A stretch of DNA of 64,000 nucleotides. Origin: an uncultured candidate division Zixibacteria bacterium. GTDB lineage: Bacteria > Zixibacteria > MSB-5A5 > GN15 > FEB-12. The notes under the pieces are model-generated. The model did not search any database, was not told the DNA's origin, and was given only the letters and a program-made list of their open reading frames with translations. Of this stretch, positions 53,147 through 63,758 are shown piece by piece (the first letter of the stretch is position 1; each line of letters starts with the position of its first letter). The stretch lies in the NCBI GenBank assembly GCA_963735035.1, contig CAVTJJ010000004.1, forward strand, positions 352,001 to 416,000, read 5' to 3'. The position numbers and the translations under genes are program-made.

Positions 53147-54163
53147 ATGAAATTATCCCAAACTCTATTCGGCGCTCTTATGCTGCTGGTCATTGTCGCC
53201 TTTAGCGCGCAGGCTGCAGAATTGTCAGCACCGGTCGGTGATCGCTTTGACCGACCCATCGCGACCTTTTCAATTGTCGCTCGTGATTCGGTCACCGGCG
53301 AACTTGGTGTGGCGGTGGCTTCGAGATTCTTTACGGTGGGCAATGTTGTTCCATGGGCGAAGGCCGATGTCGGTGCCGTGGCTACACAGGCCTACTGCAA
53401 CACAACATTTGGCCCAAGAGGTTTGGAGCTTTTGGAGAAGGGCCTGACACCGCAGGAGATTCGCGACGTCTTGTTGCGCACCGACAGCGACCCCGGCCGT
53501 CGCCAGTTTGGTATCGTTGGCGCCGACGGCAAATCAGTCACATACACCGGTGGCGGTTGTTCCGCCTGGGCGGGGGGACGGTCTGGCCCCAACTATGCCG
53601 TGCAGGGAAATATTCTGGCTGGGGAGAAGGTCGTGATTGCGATGGAGAAAGCGTTCCTCGAGACCAAATCGAATCTGGCCGATCGCATGTACGCCGCCCT
53701 TCTGGCCGGTGAGGCCCAAGGTGGGGATTCGCGCGGCAAACAGTCGGCAGCGTTGCTTGTGGTCAAAGATAAGGCCGGGTACGGCGGCTTCAGCGACCGG
53801 GCGATTGATATTCGCGTGGATGACCATCCAGAGCCGTTTCTGGAACTTGGCCGCATTCTCAAGATCGCCCAGATGAATTACGCCTGGAACATCGCCTGGA
53901 CCGCGTTTACTGAGAAGCGGTTCGCCGACGCTCTCCCGTCGATGGAACGATGCGCCCAACTCGCGCCTGACAATGGCGAAGTATTTTACGATCTCGCCGT
54001 TATCCGTCTGTCCAACGGCGACCATGCCGGGTCGCTTGAAGCGCTTCGGAACGCTATAAAGTTCAATCCGAAACTGGTCGAGCAGGCCAGAGTGGATTCG
54101 GACTTGTCGGCCTTGAAAGATGATCCCGCGTTTCAATTGATCGTGGCAGAACCGAAGAAGTAG
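53147..54163 (+). CDS. Secreted DUF1028 (Ntn-hydrolase-like) protein with TPR C-terminus
   Basis: TFSIVARD..TGELGVAVAS, GGDSRGKQSAAL and RVDDHPEP. Confidence 0.85.
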   Translation: MKLSQTLFGALMLLVIVAFSAQAAELSAPVGDRFDRPIATFSIVARDSVTGELGVAVASRFFTVGNVVPWAKADVGAVATQAYCNTTFGPRGLELLEKGLTPQEIRDVLLRTDSDPGRRQFGIVGADGKSVTYTGGGCSAWAGGRSGPNYAVQGNILAGEKVVIAMEKAFLETKSNLADRMYAALLAGEAQGGDSRGKQSAALLVVKDKAGYGGFSDRAIDIRVDDHPEPFLELGRILKIAQMNYAWNIAWTAFTEKRFADALPSMERCAQLAPDNGEVFYDLAVIRLSNGDHAGSLEALRNAIKFNPKLVEQARVDSDLSALKDDPAFQLIVAEPKK

Positions 54164-54168
54164 AGAAC

Positions 54169-54549
54169 CTAGGCGGCTTCGAAGGCGTCGGGATAGTGCT
54201 CCAGCTTGCCGTTCTGGAAAGTGACGACATCGAATCTCAAGTCGACACCGGCTAGATTGACGGCGGCCAGGTACTCACGGGCGCACTGGGTGAGATTCTC
54301 GATCTTCTTCTTGTCCACCCGCTCGACAGGATGGCCGAATTTTGTCGAAGATGACGACTTTACTTCGACAAACGCAACCAGATCACCCTTGCGAACGATC
54401 AAATCGATTTCCTTGTGTCCCTTGCGCCAGTTGCGTTCGAGAATTTCGAAGCCCTGCTCGGTGTAGAACCGGGCGGCGAGCTGCTCGAATCTCTTCCCCC
54501 GCTCGATTTTGCGGCGATCTTTGGGCGGTTGGCTCTTAGAAGAGGGCAT
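54169..54549 (-). CDS. yraN: YraN-family PD-(D/E)xK nuclease
   Basis: ILERNWR..HKEIDLI..FVEVK...RFDVV. Confidence 0.9.
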   Translation of the reverse strand: MPSSKSQPPKDRRKIERGKRFEQLAARFYTEQGFEILERNWRKGHKEIDLIVRKGDLVAFVEVKSSSSTKFGHPVERVDKKKIENLTQCAREYLAAVNLAGVDLRFDVVTFQNGKLEHYPDAFEAA

Positions 54550-55198
54550 ACTGGTTGATTATATCGGCCACGGGGCGGAAAGTGCGCCGATGAATATCAG
54601 TGGGGCCGAGGCGTCGAAGTTCTTCCATGTGTTCGGCGGTCGGATATCCTTTGTGGGTGGCAAACGAAAAGCCGGGGTACAATTCCTGATATTTGACCAT
54701 GATGCGGTCGCGGGTGACCTTGGCCACCACACTGGCGGCGGAAATGGCGCGGCACCGACGATCCCCGCCCACGATGGCAAACTGCGGTTGTGTCAGGTTG
54801 GGAACCGACATATTGCCGTCCACCAAAACAACATCCGGGGCTGGGTTCAGTTCGTGAACTGCCTTACGCATGGCGTAGAGCGACGCCCGAAGGATATTGA
54901 CCGTATCGATAGTCTTGTGATCGACAATGCCGACCGCACACGGTAAGCCGAGTTTGACAATTTGCTCGAAAACATCATCGCGCCGGGCCGGGGAGAGCTT
55001 CTTGGAATCGTCCAGCCCCTCGATTTCGACCTCGATCGGCAGGATCACCGCCGCCGCCACGACCGGTCCCGCGAGCGGCCCGCGTCCGGCCTCGTCCACC
55101 CCGCAGATGCTTCTGAAACCGCGCTCGTATAGAGTCGTCTCCAGATTTTCCAGAAACTGTTCGAGCTCTTGCGGGTCTATGGCGGTCTTTGACGGCAA
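54536..55198 (-). CDS. rnhB: Ribonuclease HII
   Basis: GVDEAGRGPLAGPV, DSKKL and HKGYPT; TTG start with GGAG RBS. Confidence 0.95.
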   Translation of the reverse strand: MPSKTAIDPQELEQFLENLETTLYERGFRSICGVDEAGRGPLAGPVVAAAVILPIEVEIEGLDDSKKLSPARRDDVFEQIVKLGLPCAVGIVDHKTIDTVNILRASLYAMRKAVHELNPAPDVVLVDGNMSVPNLTQPQFAIVGGDRRCRAISAASVVAKVTRDRIMVKYQELYPGFSFATHKGYPTAEHMEELRRLGPTDIHRRTFRPVADIINQYALF

Positions 55199-55635
55199 TC
55201 TATTCTCCGAGCATGTGGCTGCAAATTGTCGCTGCCGAAGCTGTGTCGTCGGTTGTGTCAGGTCTTGTCCCCGCCTTTGGCGGGGATGTGACCTGACACT
55301 TGAAAACTGTGTTCCCGGCAACGCCACAACAGTTGACGGTAATTACCACTAATCTCAATGTCGAGCAACCAAAACTCTTTAATTAGGCGGGAGGGGCTGT
55401 TATCTTTGAGTCGAAGTTGTCGAAACCGCAGGGGTTTCGACCTACAAAAAGACGAGAAGCGTAGGTCGGGTTACGCGCATGGATTACTTGAGCGCGCAAC
55501 CCGACAATACGGTCGTATCCCCGCCGTGGCGGAGGATATCCAAGGGTGCGATGCGATGTCGGGTTTCCTTCGTCCCGCTTCTTGCGGGTCTCGAAAACCC
55601 GACCTACTTTAGGATCAGAGTCTGATTCGATAGCT

Positions 55636-56208
55636 ATGGCCAAAGACAAACAGTTCGATTTCAGAGTCATCGCCGGTGAATTGAAAGGGAAGAAGATCGT
55701 CTCGCCGGACCTGGGGATTACCCGCCCGCCGCTCACGCGCGTGCGGAAGTCCATATTCGACTATCTGACGCCCTATCTCGACGGCGCGTCTTATCTTGAT
55801 CTTTTCAGCGGAACCGGCTCATACCTGTTTGAAGCAGTCTCGCGCGGCGCCAGAGTTGGGACCGGCGTGGAGCTTGAACCGCGTCTGGCCGAGGCCATCA
55901 ACTCGCAAGCGAAACAGTTCGGGGTCGCGGATCGTCTGAGCTGTATTAGGGGTGATGTATTCAAGGTTATTCCCACCCTGAAACGCACCGGGGAGAATTT
56001 CGGCATCATCATGATGGCGCCGCCGCAATACAAAGGCATCATCGACAAGACTCTTACCATGTTGGGCGAACATCAACTGCTGGCGCCGAATGGGCAGATC
56101 ATCTGCCAGCATGATACATCTGAGACCGACAAGACCGAATGGGGTTCGTGGCGAATCGTCCAACAGCGCAAGTACGGAAACACGACGTTTACGATTCTAA
56201 ACATTTGA
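55636..56208 (+). CDS. rsmD: 16S rRNA m2G966 methyltransferase (RsmD family)
   Basis: RVIAGELKGK, TRPPLTRVRKSIF, LDLFSGTG and RKYGNT; catalytic DPPY appears as APPQY. Confidence 0.8.
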   Translation: MAKDKQFDFRVIAGELKGKKIVSPDLGITRPPLTRVRKSIFDYLTPYLDGASYLDLFSGTGSYLFEAVSRGARVGTGVELEPRLAEAINSQAKQFGVADRLSCIRGDVFKVIPTLKRTGENFGIIMMAPPQYKGIIDKTLTMLGEHQLLAPNGQIICQHDTSETDKTEWGSWRIVQQRKYGNTTFTILNI

Positions 56209-56320
56209 TCGGCAGGGTTCCATCCCTGCCGGAAGTCAGGCGGCAGGTACGGAGGCCTGCCGATCAGACTATGATGATTCTCGAATAACAAGTTGCGCGG
56301 AAATGAGGGGACAGGCGCTC

Positions 56321-56833
56321 TTACAGCCAGAGCGTCATGTCTTCGAGATCGACATAACGGCCATCGGGGAGTCGGTATCCGTGCAGGATCAAGCCGTTGG
56401 TGAAGAACCCGAGCGAAGTGTACAGCACACGTGCGCCGGTTTGAGTCATGGCGACATTCAACGTGAGCAACTCAAGACCGTCCCACGCGCGGGCTTCGTC
56501 GATCAATCGCTGCATTATCTGACGACTGATCCCTCTGCCACGCGCTTCCGGACGCACATACACCGCCCAGACCCAGGCACGATGTCGTTCTTTCAGGTTG
56601 TCGTCGCGTCGCAGCCCCGCTGAACCGATCAGGCGATCCCCCTCGAAGGCGCCCAGGATGAAGTTCTGTGGGAAAACCTCGCGAGGCGTCATCCACTCGA
56701 GGAATTTCTCCAGACTCATCTCAGTGGCTTCCTCGGGCGTCTGGCTGAACGCCTCCGGATGGTCGCGGCACATTTCCACGCGAAGTTCGCGGAAGGCGGT
56801 GGCATCGTCGAGTGTCAGTTTGCGGATAAGCAT
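56321..56833 (-). CDS. GNAT N-acetyltransferase
   Basis: VYVRPEARGRG and LYTSLGF. Confidence 0.88.
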   Translation of the reverse strand: MLIRKLTLDDATAFRELRVEMCRDHPEAFSQTPEEATEMSLEKFLEWMTPREVFPQNFILGAFEGDRLIGSAGLRRDDNLKERHRAWVWAVYVRPEARGRGISRQIMQRLIDEARAWDGLELLTLNVAMTQTGARVLYTSLGFFTNGLILHGYRLPDGRYVDLEDMTLWL

Positions 56834-57101
56834 GGAAGAATGGTAAGGAATAACTTGAGTCGATGCAAGGAACCGACGAGAGTAGTGTAACAGCGGCGTA
56901 GCTGAATCCGGAATCAGATAATATGGCAGACATAGAAGTCTGCAGTTTACGTCACAAGAGAAGTCGGTGCAGAATCGTTACCCACCGCAAGCGGTGGGGC
57001 ACCCGGCATATAGAGAAATCGGCAGGCATAGAAGCCTGCCGATCACTCACACTGGCAGCAGGTGCACAATCTTTACCCACCGCAAGCGGTGGGGCACCCG
57101 G

Positions 57102-57476
57102 CTACTTCTTCTCGGTGCTGCTGTCGCTACCGGAAGAGAGTATTTCCTTAATGCGGGCCGATTTGCCGGTCAGGTCACGCATATAGTACAGCTTGCTGCG
57201 CCGCACCGATCCCTGGCGGATCCGCTCGATCTTGGCGACGTTCGGTGAGTGCAATGGGAAGACACGTTCCACGCCGATACCGTCGGAGATCTTCCGCACG
57301 GTGAACGTTTCACCGGTGCCACCGCCGCGACGGCTGATGACATCACCCTGGAAAACCTGAATACGCTCTTTGTCACCTTCTTTGATCAACACGTGTACCT
57401 TGACCGTGTCGCCCGAGCGGAACTCTGGGGTATGTTCACGCAGGTACTTCTTTTCGATTTGCGCGATTCGTTTCAT
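57102..57476 (-). CDS. rplS: 50S ribosomal protein L19
   Basis: GDTVKVH...RIQVFQG...GVERVFP. Confidence 0.97.
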   Translation of the reverse strand: MKRIAQIEKKYLREHTPEFRSGDTVKVHVLIKEGDKERIQVFQGDVISRRGGGTGETFTVRKISDGIGVERVFPLHSPNVAKIERIRQGSVRRSKLYYMRDLTGKSARIKEILSSGSDSSTEKK

Positions 57477-57518
57477 GATTCAGTCCTTTCTATACTAACA
57501 TCTCTCTATATGTCAAAA

Positions 57519-58244
57519 CTAGCTTTCGTCCTTCTCGTTCGCCTTCATGCGGGCCACCAGATCGGGACGAGTGCGGCGGCACTTTTCATAAGCCGCCTCA
57601 AAACGATATTTCTTGATCCGGGCATGATCGCCGGATACCAATACTTCGGGCACTTTCAGTCCGTCATACTCAACCGGTCTGGTGTAGCAGGGCGCGCCGG
57701 TGATATCATCCATGTGCGAATCACCCAGCGCCGATTCGAAGTTGCCGAGCACACCGGGGATCAACCGCGCGACTGCATCAATCATTACCGCTGCCGCCGG
57801 TTCACCGCCGGAAAGTACATAGTCGCCGATCGAGACTTCTTCCAAATCGTACAACTCCAACAGTCGTTCATCGACACCCAGATAATGGCCGCAAATGAGG
57901 GTGAGTCGTTCGCATAGCGAATACTCAACCGCCAGCGTTTGCACCAGAGGGTGTCCGGCCGCCGAGGTCAGAATGAGACGTTCTTTCGACGACTTCTCAT
58001 TCTGGTCCCGGTGGCGCCAGCCGAGCGACTGCAAGCAGCGATCCAGCGGCTCGAGCATCATTACCATGCCGCCGCCGCCGCCGTACGGGGTGTCGTCGAC
58101 CGTGTGATGCTTGTCGACGGCGAAATCCCGAAGCTGGATTATATCGATGTCAAAGAGCTTCTTGTCACAGGCCTTTCCGATCAACGACTGTCGTAACGAC
58201 AGGGTGAAATAATCCGGAAACAGCGTGACAATTTCAAATTTCAT
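57519..58244 (-). CDS. trmD: tRNA (guanine-N1)-methyltransferase
   Basis: DDTPYGGGGGM, CGHYLGVDER and SIGDYVLSGGE. Confidence 0.96.
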   Translation of the reverse strand: MKFEIVTLFPDYFTLSLRQSLIGKACDKKLFDIDIIQLRDFAVDKHHTVDDTPYGGGGGMVMMLEPLDRCLQSLGWRHRDQNEKSSKERLILTSAAGHPLVQTLAVEYSLCERLTLICGHYLGVDERLLELYDLEEVSIGDYVLSGGEPAAAVMIDAVARLIPGVLGNFESALGDSHMDDITGAPCYTRPVEYDGLKVPEVLVSGDHARIKKYRFEAAYEKCRRTRPDLVARMKANEKDES

Positions 58245-58783
58245 GGCCCGGTCTTTTCGTCGGCGTCGTCGAACATGCCGCCGTGTAATACCTTCACTAT
58301 TCGTGCTGCGACATCAATCTGTCGCACGAAACTGTTCACCGCCGGGAAAAGCACGTCTTTGCCTGAGGCGGTTCGGACTACATACACGTCGTTGGCCGGG
58401 TACCGGATAACGTCCACGATTTCGCCCAGCCGTCGGTCACTCTCTTCGTCGCGGACTTCGCAGCCAACCAGATCGAACACGTAGTGGGTGTCCGGCGGTA
58501 GTTGAACCAACTGCTCTCTCGTGACTGCCAGTATCCGGTTGGTCAATCGACCGGCATCTTCGCGGCGGTTGATCCCGACAAACTTTATCGCCGGTCGTCC
58601 GCCGATCACCTTCGCGCCCTCAATCATGAGTTCGCGCCAGGTGTCCGATTCGCTTACCATGATCCGATCCAAATTGACGAATCGCTCCGGGAAGTCGGTA
58701 TCGGGCGTAATCCAGAGCCAGCCGAAGATGCCACGGGCGCGTCCCAGCCGACCGACCTGTATGAAATCTCCTTCTTGCGCCAA
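58241..58783 (-). CDS. rimM: Ribosome maturation factor RimM
   Basis: GRARGIFG, YVFDLVGCEV and ANDVYVV; synteny. Confidence 0.92.
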   Translation of the reverse strand: MAQEGDFIQVGRLGRARGIFGWLWITPDTDFPERFVNLDRIMVSESDTWRELMIEGAKVIGGRPAIKFVGINRREDAGRLTNRILAVTREQLVQLPPDTHYVFDLVGCEVRDEESDRRLGEIVDVIRYPANDVYVVRTASGKDVLFPAVNSFVRQIDVAARIVKVLHGGMFDDADEKTGP

Positions 58784-58906
58784 CTACTCCAGTATCTCCA
58801 GGACCGCACGCTTGCCGTGACAAGCTGCGGTCGTGAGTCTCAGAACGGTACCACACACACCGTCAGCGATTGATACACAACCGCCTCGGTCTATGTCACC
58901 GGTCAT
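58784..58906 (-). pseudogene. khpA: Degenerate khpA (KH-domain protein) remnant
   Basis: 40-aa frame ending GKRAVLEILE* at the canonical khpA position between rpsP and rimM; GxxG loop absent. Confidence 0.6.
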
Positions 58907-58960
58907 GCCGGTTCCAGGCTAACTGGGCAGAACGGCCTTTACGACCGTCCGTCCCAGGTA

Positions 58961-59386
58961 TCAGCCTTCAGTTTTTTCGCCGGCGGCCGCTTCGGCAGCC
59001 TTAACCGCCGCTTCAGCTTCAGCAGCCTGCGCTCTGGCCGCAATCGCCTTCTTGGCCTTGCGCGTCTTCTTCTTCCGCTCGGTGATAGTTGCCTTCACCG
59101 CTATTTCGGTCACGTCCACACCGGCCTGGGCCTTGTGGTACTTTTCCGTGAAGCCGATCTGGGTCAGAAGCGTGCCGACCGTATCGCTGGTTTCGGCGCC
59201 GTTGTTCAGCCAGTATGACAAGCGCTCTTCTTTGACGCTGATCACGGCCGGCTTTTCAATCGGGTTGTAGGTGCCGAGAATTTCCAGAAAACGACCATCG
59301 CGGGCGCGACGTGAATCGGCCGCTACGATGCGGTAGAACGGGCGCTTTTTCTTGCCCATCCGACGAAGTCTAATGTGTACTGCCAA
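58961..59386 (-). CDS. rpsP: 30S ribosomal protein S16
   Basis: IRLRRMGKKKRPFYRIV..RDGRFLEILGTYNP; TTG start. Confidence 0.97.
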   Translation of the reverse strand: MAVHIRLRRMGKKKRPFYRIVAADSRRARDGRFLEILGTYNPIEKPAVISVKEERLSYWLNNGAETSDTVGTLLTQIGFTEKYHKAQAGVDVTEIAVKATITERKKKTRKAKKAIAARAQAAEAEAAVKAAEAAAGEKTEG

Positions 59387-59408
59387 CTAGGAATTCCTCC
59401 TTAAGTGT

Positions 59409-60737
59409 TTATCTCTGAAATGGCATTAAGTTCTTGGGTAAGCCTTTGAAGTCTTTCTTGCCGATCGATGCAAACATCTTCTGCATGGCAAAGAACTGCT
59501 TCAGTAGCTGGTTGACGGTCTGGACGCTTGTCCCGGAGCCGGTCGCGATTCGCTTCTTACGGGAACCGTCGATCTTGTGCGGGTGACGGCGTTCGTCCAG
59601 AGTCATCGATTTGATTATGGCCGCCGTTCGCTCCATCTCGCGTTCATCGATTTGAACGCCCTTGAGCGCCTTGCCGAGCCCCGGCACCATGCCGAGCACC
59701 GATTCCAGCGGACCCATCTTCTTGAGCTGGGCCATCTGCTCGAGAAAGTCCTCGAGATCGAATTTCGCTTTGAGAAGTTTCTCCTGGAGTTTCTCGGCCT
59801 GCGCCATGTCGACGGTCGCCTGGGCTTTTTCTACCAGCGTAACAATATCACCCATGCCGAGGATACGTGACGCCAATCTGTCAGGATGGAACGGTTCGAG
59901 ATCGGCCAGCTTTTCGCCGACCGACGCTAGCTTGATCGGGCAGCCGGTGACTTTGCGGATAGAGAGCGCCGCGCCGCCGCGAGCGTCGCCGTCGAGTTTT
60001 GACAGGACGACCCCGGTGATATCCAGACGCTTGTGGAATGCATCGGCGACATTAACCGCATCCTGGCCGGTCATGCTGTCGGCAACCAGAAGTATCTCGT
60101 GCGGTTTGACTGCTTTTTTGATCTCTTCGAGTTCGGTCATTAAGTCATCGTCGACATGCAACCGTCCGGCCGTGTCGAGAATGACCAGATCGACAAAGCT
60201 CTTCTCGGCATACTTGACCGCCTGGCGGCATATCTCTACCGGGTCTTGACCATCGAGCGAGAAATGCTCGACCTGAATCGAATCGGCGAGCACCTGGAGT
60301 TGTTTGACCGCGGCGGGACGATAGATATCGGCGGCGACCACGAGCGGCTTCTGATTCTTCCGCTTGTACATGAGCGCCAGCTTGCCGACCAGAGTCGTCT
60401 TGCCGGAACCCTGCAGGCCGCACACCATGAAGATCGTGGGGGATTTGTCGACAGGAACGAGGGGGACCGCTTTGCCGCCCAGAAGCTCGACCAGCTCGTC
60501 ATGAACGATTTTGACAATATGCTGGCCGGGATCGATAGACTTGAGTACCTCAGTGCCGATAGCTTTTTGCTCAACTGACTTGACGAAATCACGGGCGACC
60601 TTGAAGTTGACGTCAGCTTCAAGCAGCGCCTGCCGGACCTCGCGCATAGAGTCCTTGATATTCGTCTCCGAGATCTTGCCTAGGCCGCGCAGCTTTTTGA
60701 AGGCAAGCTCGAGCTTGTCGGTCAGATTTGAGAACAT
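59409..60737 (-). CDS. ffh: Signal recognition particle protein
   Basis: GLQGSGKTT, DTAGR, KLDGDARGG and M domain. Confidence 0.97.
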   Translation of the reverse strand: MFSNLTDKLELAFKKLRGLGKISETNIKDSMREVRQALLEADVNFKVARDFVKSVEQKAIGTEVLKSIDPGQHIVKIVHDELVELLGGKAVPLVPVDKSPTIFMVCGLQGSGKTTLVGKLALMYKRKNQKPLVVAADIYRPAAVKQLQVLADSIQVEHFSLDGQDPVEICRQAVKYAEKSFVDLVILDTAGRLHVDDDLMTELEEIKKAVKPHEILLVADSMTGQDAVNVADAFHKRLDITGVVLSKLDGDARGGAALSIRKVTGCPIKLASVGEKLADLEPFHPDRLASRILGMGDIVTLVEKAQATVDMAQAEKLQEKLLKAKFDLEDFLEQMAQLKKMGPLESVLGMVPGLGKALKGVQIDEREMERTAAIIKSMTLDERRHPHKIDGSRKKRIATGSGTSVQTVNQLLKQFFAMQKMFASIGKKDFKGLPKNLMPFQR

Positions 60738-60877
60738 GGCACTGAGTTTGTGGCTTCACCTCAAAAGTAAACGTTCGTCTATCTTGCTTTGGCCCAAGGC
60801 CAAAGAGCCCGGTAATATAGGAATTTGGAAAGAAAGGGCAAGGGGAGAAATGAACGGACTGGTCCGGTTCGGGCCCG

Positions 60878-61846
60878 TCAGCCCTGCAGTCCTGTGATCG
60901 TCATGACCGCTTGTTTGATCCGTTCGGCGACATTTTCATCGCGGCCGATAGAGAAATCCGGCTGGGTGTCTTCCATGCCGTCGCCCTTGAACGCCAACGT
61001 CTTACAGCCGCAGGCCTGAGCCTCTTTGAGCACCAGTCCGAACCCCTCGCCGTAGGAAAGCATTATCAGCAGAACAGCCTTATTGAACCGGTCGACCAAA
61101 TGCTCTCGGGTCACCTGACCTTGAAGTGAAATCCGATCAGTCACCCCTAACTGGCGAATCAGCCCCCGGAGCTTCTCTTTCTCCGGGCCTTCGCCGAATA
61201 TTTCCAGCTTCAGGCCGGGGACTCTGGCAACCTCGCGGATCGCCAGGTCGAACTGCTTGCGCGGAATCAGCGAACCGACTGAGACAACTAACTTGGGATC
61301 GCGTGGCTCCGCACGATCGACAAAGAATGATCCTACCGGCATAGGTCGGACCTTGATCCGAGCTTCATCGAGAAACGGGTATATCTCCAGTAGGATGCGC
61401 TTCAGATCGGATGACACACACTGCCAGCTTCGGACTTTCAGGGCGCGATCGGCGTAGTAGCGGGCTACGAACGGGAATTTCTGAAGTTGATACAGGTCGG
61501 TGCCGTGGCAGATGACATCGACATTGTCGAAATGCTTCGTCGCAAAGGTCCCGTTCGGAAACCACCAGTGGGCGAGAATGTCCGGCCGCTGGCCGTTGTT
61601 CTCGGCGGTAAGGCGGTCGATGTCACGCTTTAGTTGCCGCGACGTATTCCAGAAGTAGCCGATGAACTTGGGCCATTTCCACGGTTTGCGGATCGACCGG
61701 GTCATCGGATATTCGCCAAACGGGTAGTAGAGGACTTCGACCTCGTGGCCGGTGTCGCGCTTCAGGATTTCGTTGTGGTCCTTGATGAACAGTCCGGCGA
61801 CCGGGTTGTCAGGGGTGGGGAAGTTGTGGGTTATGACGGCGATCAT
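60878..61846 (-). CDS. Glycosyltransferase family 4
   Basis: AHWWFP, HGTD, VGSLIPRK and EGFGLVLKEAQACG. Confidence 0.85.
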   Translation of the reverse strand: MIAVITHNFPTPDNPVAGLFIKDHNEILKRDTGHEVEVLYYPFGEYPMTRSIRKPWKWPKFIGYFWNTSRQLKRDIDRLTAENNGQRPDILAHWWFPNGTFATKHFDNVDVICHGTDLYQLQKFPFVARYYADRALKVRSWQCVSSDLKRILLEIYPFLDEARIKVRPMPVGSFFVDRAEPRDPKLVVSVGSLIPRKQFDLAIREVARVPGLKLEIFGEGPEKEKLRGLIRQLGVTDRISLQGQVTREHLVDRFNKAVLLIMLSYGEGFGLVLKEAQACGCKTLAFKGDGMEDTQPDFSIGRDENVAERIKQAVMTITGLQG

Positions 61847-62079
61847 AGTTCTTTTGTCGGCAGATGTGGACATCTGCCGGGCACGGTTAGAGCAGATGTG
61901 GGTCCGCCGCGGCGGACCGGGCACTGTTAGCCTTCCGTCACCCTGAGCCTGTCGAAGGGTGACGACTTGTTGGCAAGTCATGCTTCGACAGGCTCAGCAT
62001 GACTTATCGGATGCTTTGAATGCCTAAGTCCAAGCTGCCCATAGCGGCGGGCACGGTGCTCACATCTCCGCTCTATATA

Positions 62080-62775
62080 CTACACCCCAAGCTCGCGCAC
62101 AAGGGAGGCGAGGTCCGGGAATGTCATGTCAGGAGCGGCAATCGCGTCCGGCGTGGCGCCACCACCCGGTCGGCCCTGGCGACGGTCAATCCAGACTGTT
62201 TTCAGCCCCAACTTCTTCGCCGGGACATGGTCGTGATACAACGACTGCGCTGCATGCAGCCATTTATCTTTCGGGCATCCCAATACTTTGTGGGCTTGCT
62301 CGAAAACCTGCATCGATGGCTTATATGCTCCCACTTGGGCGGCAGTCACGATGAAGTCAAACTCCACGCCCAGCAGTCGATTTGTTCCTGCGAAGAGATC
62401 GTCATCGGTGTTTGAGATAATTGCCAGCCTGTATTTTGACTTGAGCGCCTTGAGCGAAGCGACTGTGTCGTGAAATGGTGGCCAGCTCGGAAGCGATGCG
62501 ACTATAGCGTCGTATTCGGTACTTTGCAGTGTCACGCCGCATTCTTCACTCAGTTGTTTCATTGCCTCGCGAAGCACCTCGCGGTAGGGCCGATACGGTC
62601 CGGCCTCGATTTCAGCTTCGATTTGTCCGTATGCCTCGAGGATGACATCGTCGGGCAGGCGAACGTCGTACTTCTTCAGGATCGGTTTGACCGCCCCCAG
62701 AATGCCGGTCTCCCAGTCGATCAGAGTGCCGTAACAGTCGAATGAGATAACTTCGATCGTGTCGAATTGACTCAT
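62080..62775 (-). CDS. Haloacid dehalogenase type II
   Basis: FDCYGTLIDWE, ISNTDD, YKP and HAAQSLYHD. Confidence 0.9.
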   Translation of the reverse strand: MSQFDTIEVISFDCYGTLIDWETGILGAVKPILKKYDVRLPDDVILEAYGQIEAEIEAGPYRPYREVLREAMKQLSEECGVTLQSTEYDAIVASLPSWPPFHDTVASLKALKSKYRLAIISNTDDDLFAGTNRLLGVEFDFIVTAAQVGAYKPSMQVFEQAHKVLGCPKDKWLHAAQSLYHDHVPAKKLGLKTVWIDRRQGRPGGGATPDAIAAPDMTFPDLASLVRELGV

Positions 62776-62820
62776 GCTCCGCCTCGTGACTATGTGGAAG
62801 CCGTGCCACGCACGGCCGGG

Positions 62821-63630
62821 CTATTTGATTTCCGAAACCACCAGGTCGATTTCGGTGCCGATGTTCAGCTCACTACCTTCCTGTTCGGACTGTTCGAGAA
62901 CCGTCTGCGGAAGATAGTTCTCGTTGTTCCTACGGGAGACCACCCCCAATTTCAGGCCCTTGGATTCGATCTCTTTCTTGGCCTCATCGAGCGTCTTCCC
63001 GACCAGGTTGGGCATATAGGTAAACGTCGATGCCCGCCCCCGGTTGACCATCAGGTTGACCGTGGATCCCAGAGGAACCTCGAACCCGGCCGACGGATAC
63101 GAGAAGACCACGACACGTTCGGGGAGCGTGTCCGAGAGCGCCCACTGGATTTCACCCATCACGAGGCCGTCGGTCTCAAGATCGAGCATCGCCTGACGGA
63201 CCGATTTGCCGGCGAGGTCCGGAATCGGTATCATCTTCTGGCCGAGCGAAACCACCAGCTTGATATTCCGCCCCGGTTTGACTTTGACCCCGGCGCGGGG
63301 GAACTGCCGCAACACCACGCCCGCCACGACGCCTACCGAGTACTCCTCGGACGCTTTCTCGCCGGTCAGTTCAAGGTCTTCGAGGGCGAGCTGAGCTTCC
63401 TGTAGCGTCTTGCCGGTGTAGTCAGGGAGGGTGAATTCGGACCCCTGACGGGTGACAATCGGCATCACGATTTTATCCAGGATCAGCCCGAGCAGTATGA
63501 CTGTTATCAGCGGGAAGGCCAGCCAGACAATAAGGCGTCGCTGTAGGGAGCCGACCGGGAGCTTGCGGCTCAGCCAGCTGTCGGAATCCGACGCGGATTT
63601 GGTAAGGCGGGTGGCGCGGGGTCTGTCCAT
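62821..63630 (-). CDS. Membrane-anchored protein with three PASTA domains
   Basis: TM helix, then LPDYTGKT, IPDLAGKS and MPNLVGKT repeats. Confidence 0.88.
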   Translation of the reverse strand: MDRPRATRLTKSASDSDSWLSRKLPVGSLQRRLIVWLAFPLITVILLGLILDKIVMPIVTRQGSEFTLPDYTGKTLQEAQLALEDLELTGEKASEEYSVGVVAGVVLRQFPRAGVKVKPGRNIKLVVSLGQKMIPIPDLAGKSVRQAMLDLETDGLVMGEIQWALSDTLPERVVVFSYPSAGFEVPLGSTVNLMVNRGRASTFTYMPNLVGKTLDEAKKEIESKGLKLGVVSRRNNENYLPQTVLEQSEQEGSELNIGTEIDLVVSEIK

Positions 63631-63758
63631 AGTCTCTGATTATACAATTGACCGGTTAATGTACGCAACTCCGGCGGCAGGCAGGGTCCGGCTTTTTAGG
63701 GGTGAGAGCAATCTTAAAATTGTAGGGGAGTGGCCGCCATTCTCTGTCTTGCCCCGGT

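Noticed and set aside
56979..57102. Two 28-nt direct repeats as a mini-CRISPR
   Set aside because: There are only two palindromic copies, and the 'spacer' contains another REP family.
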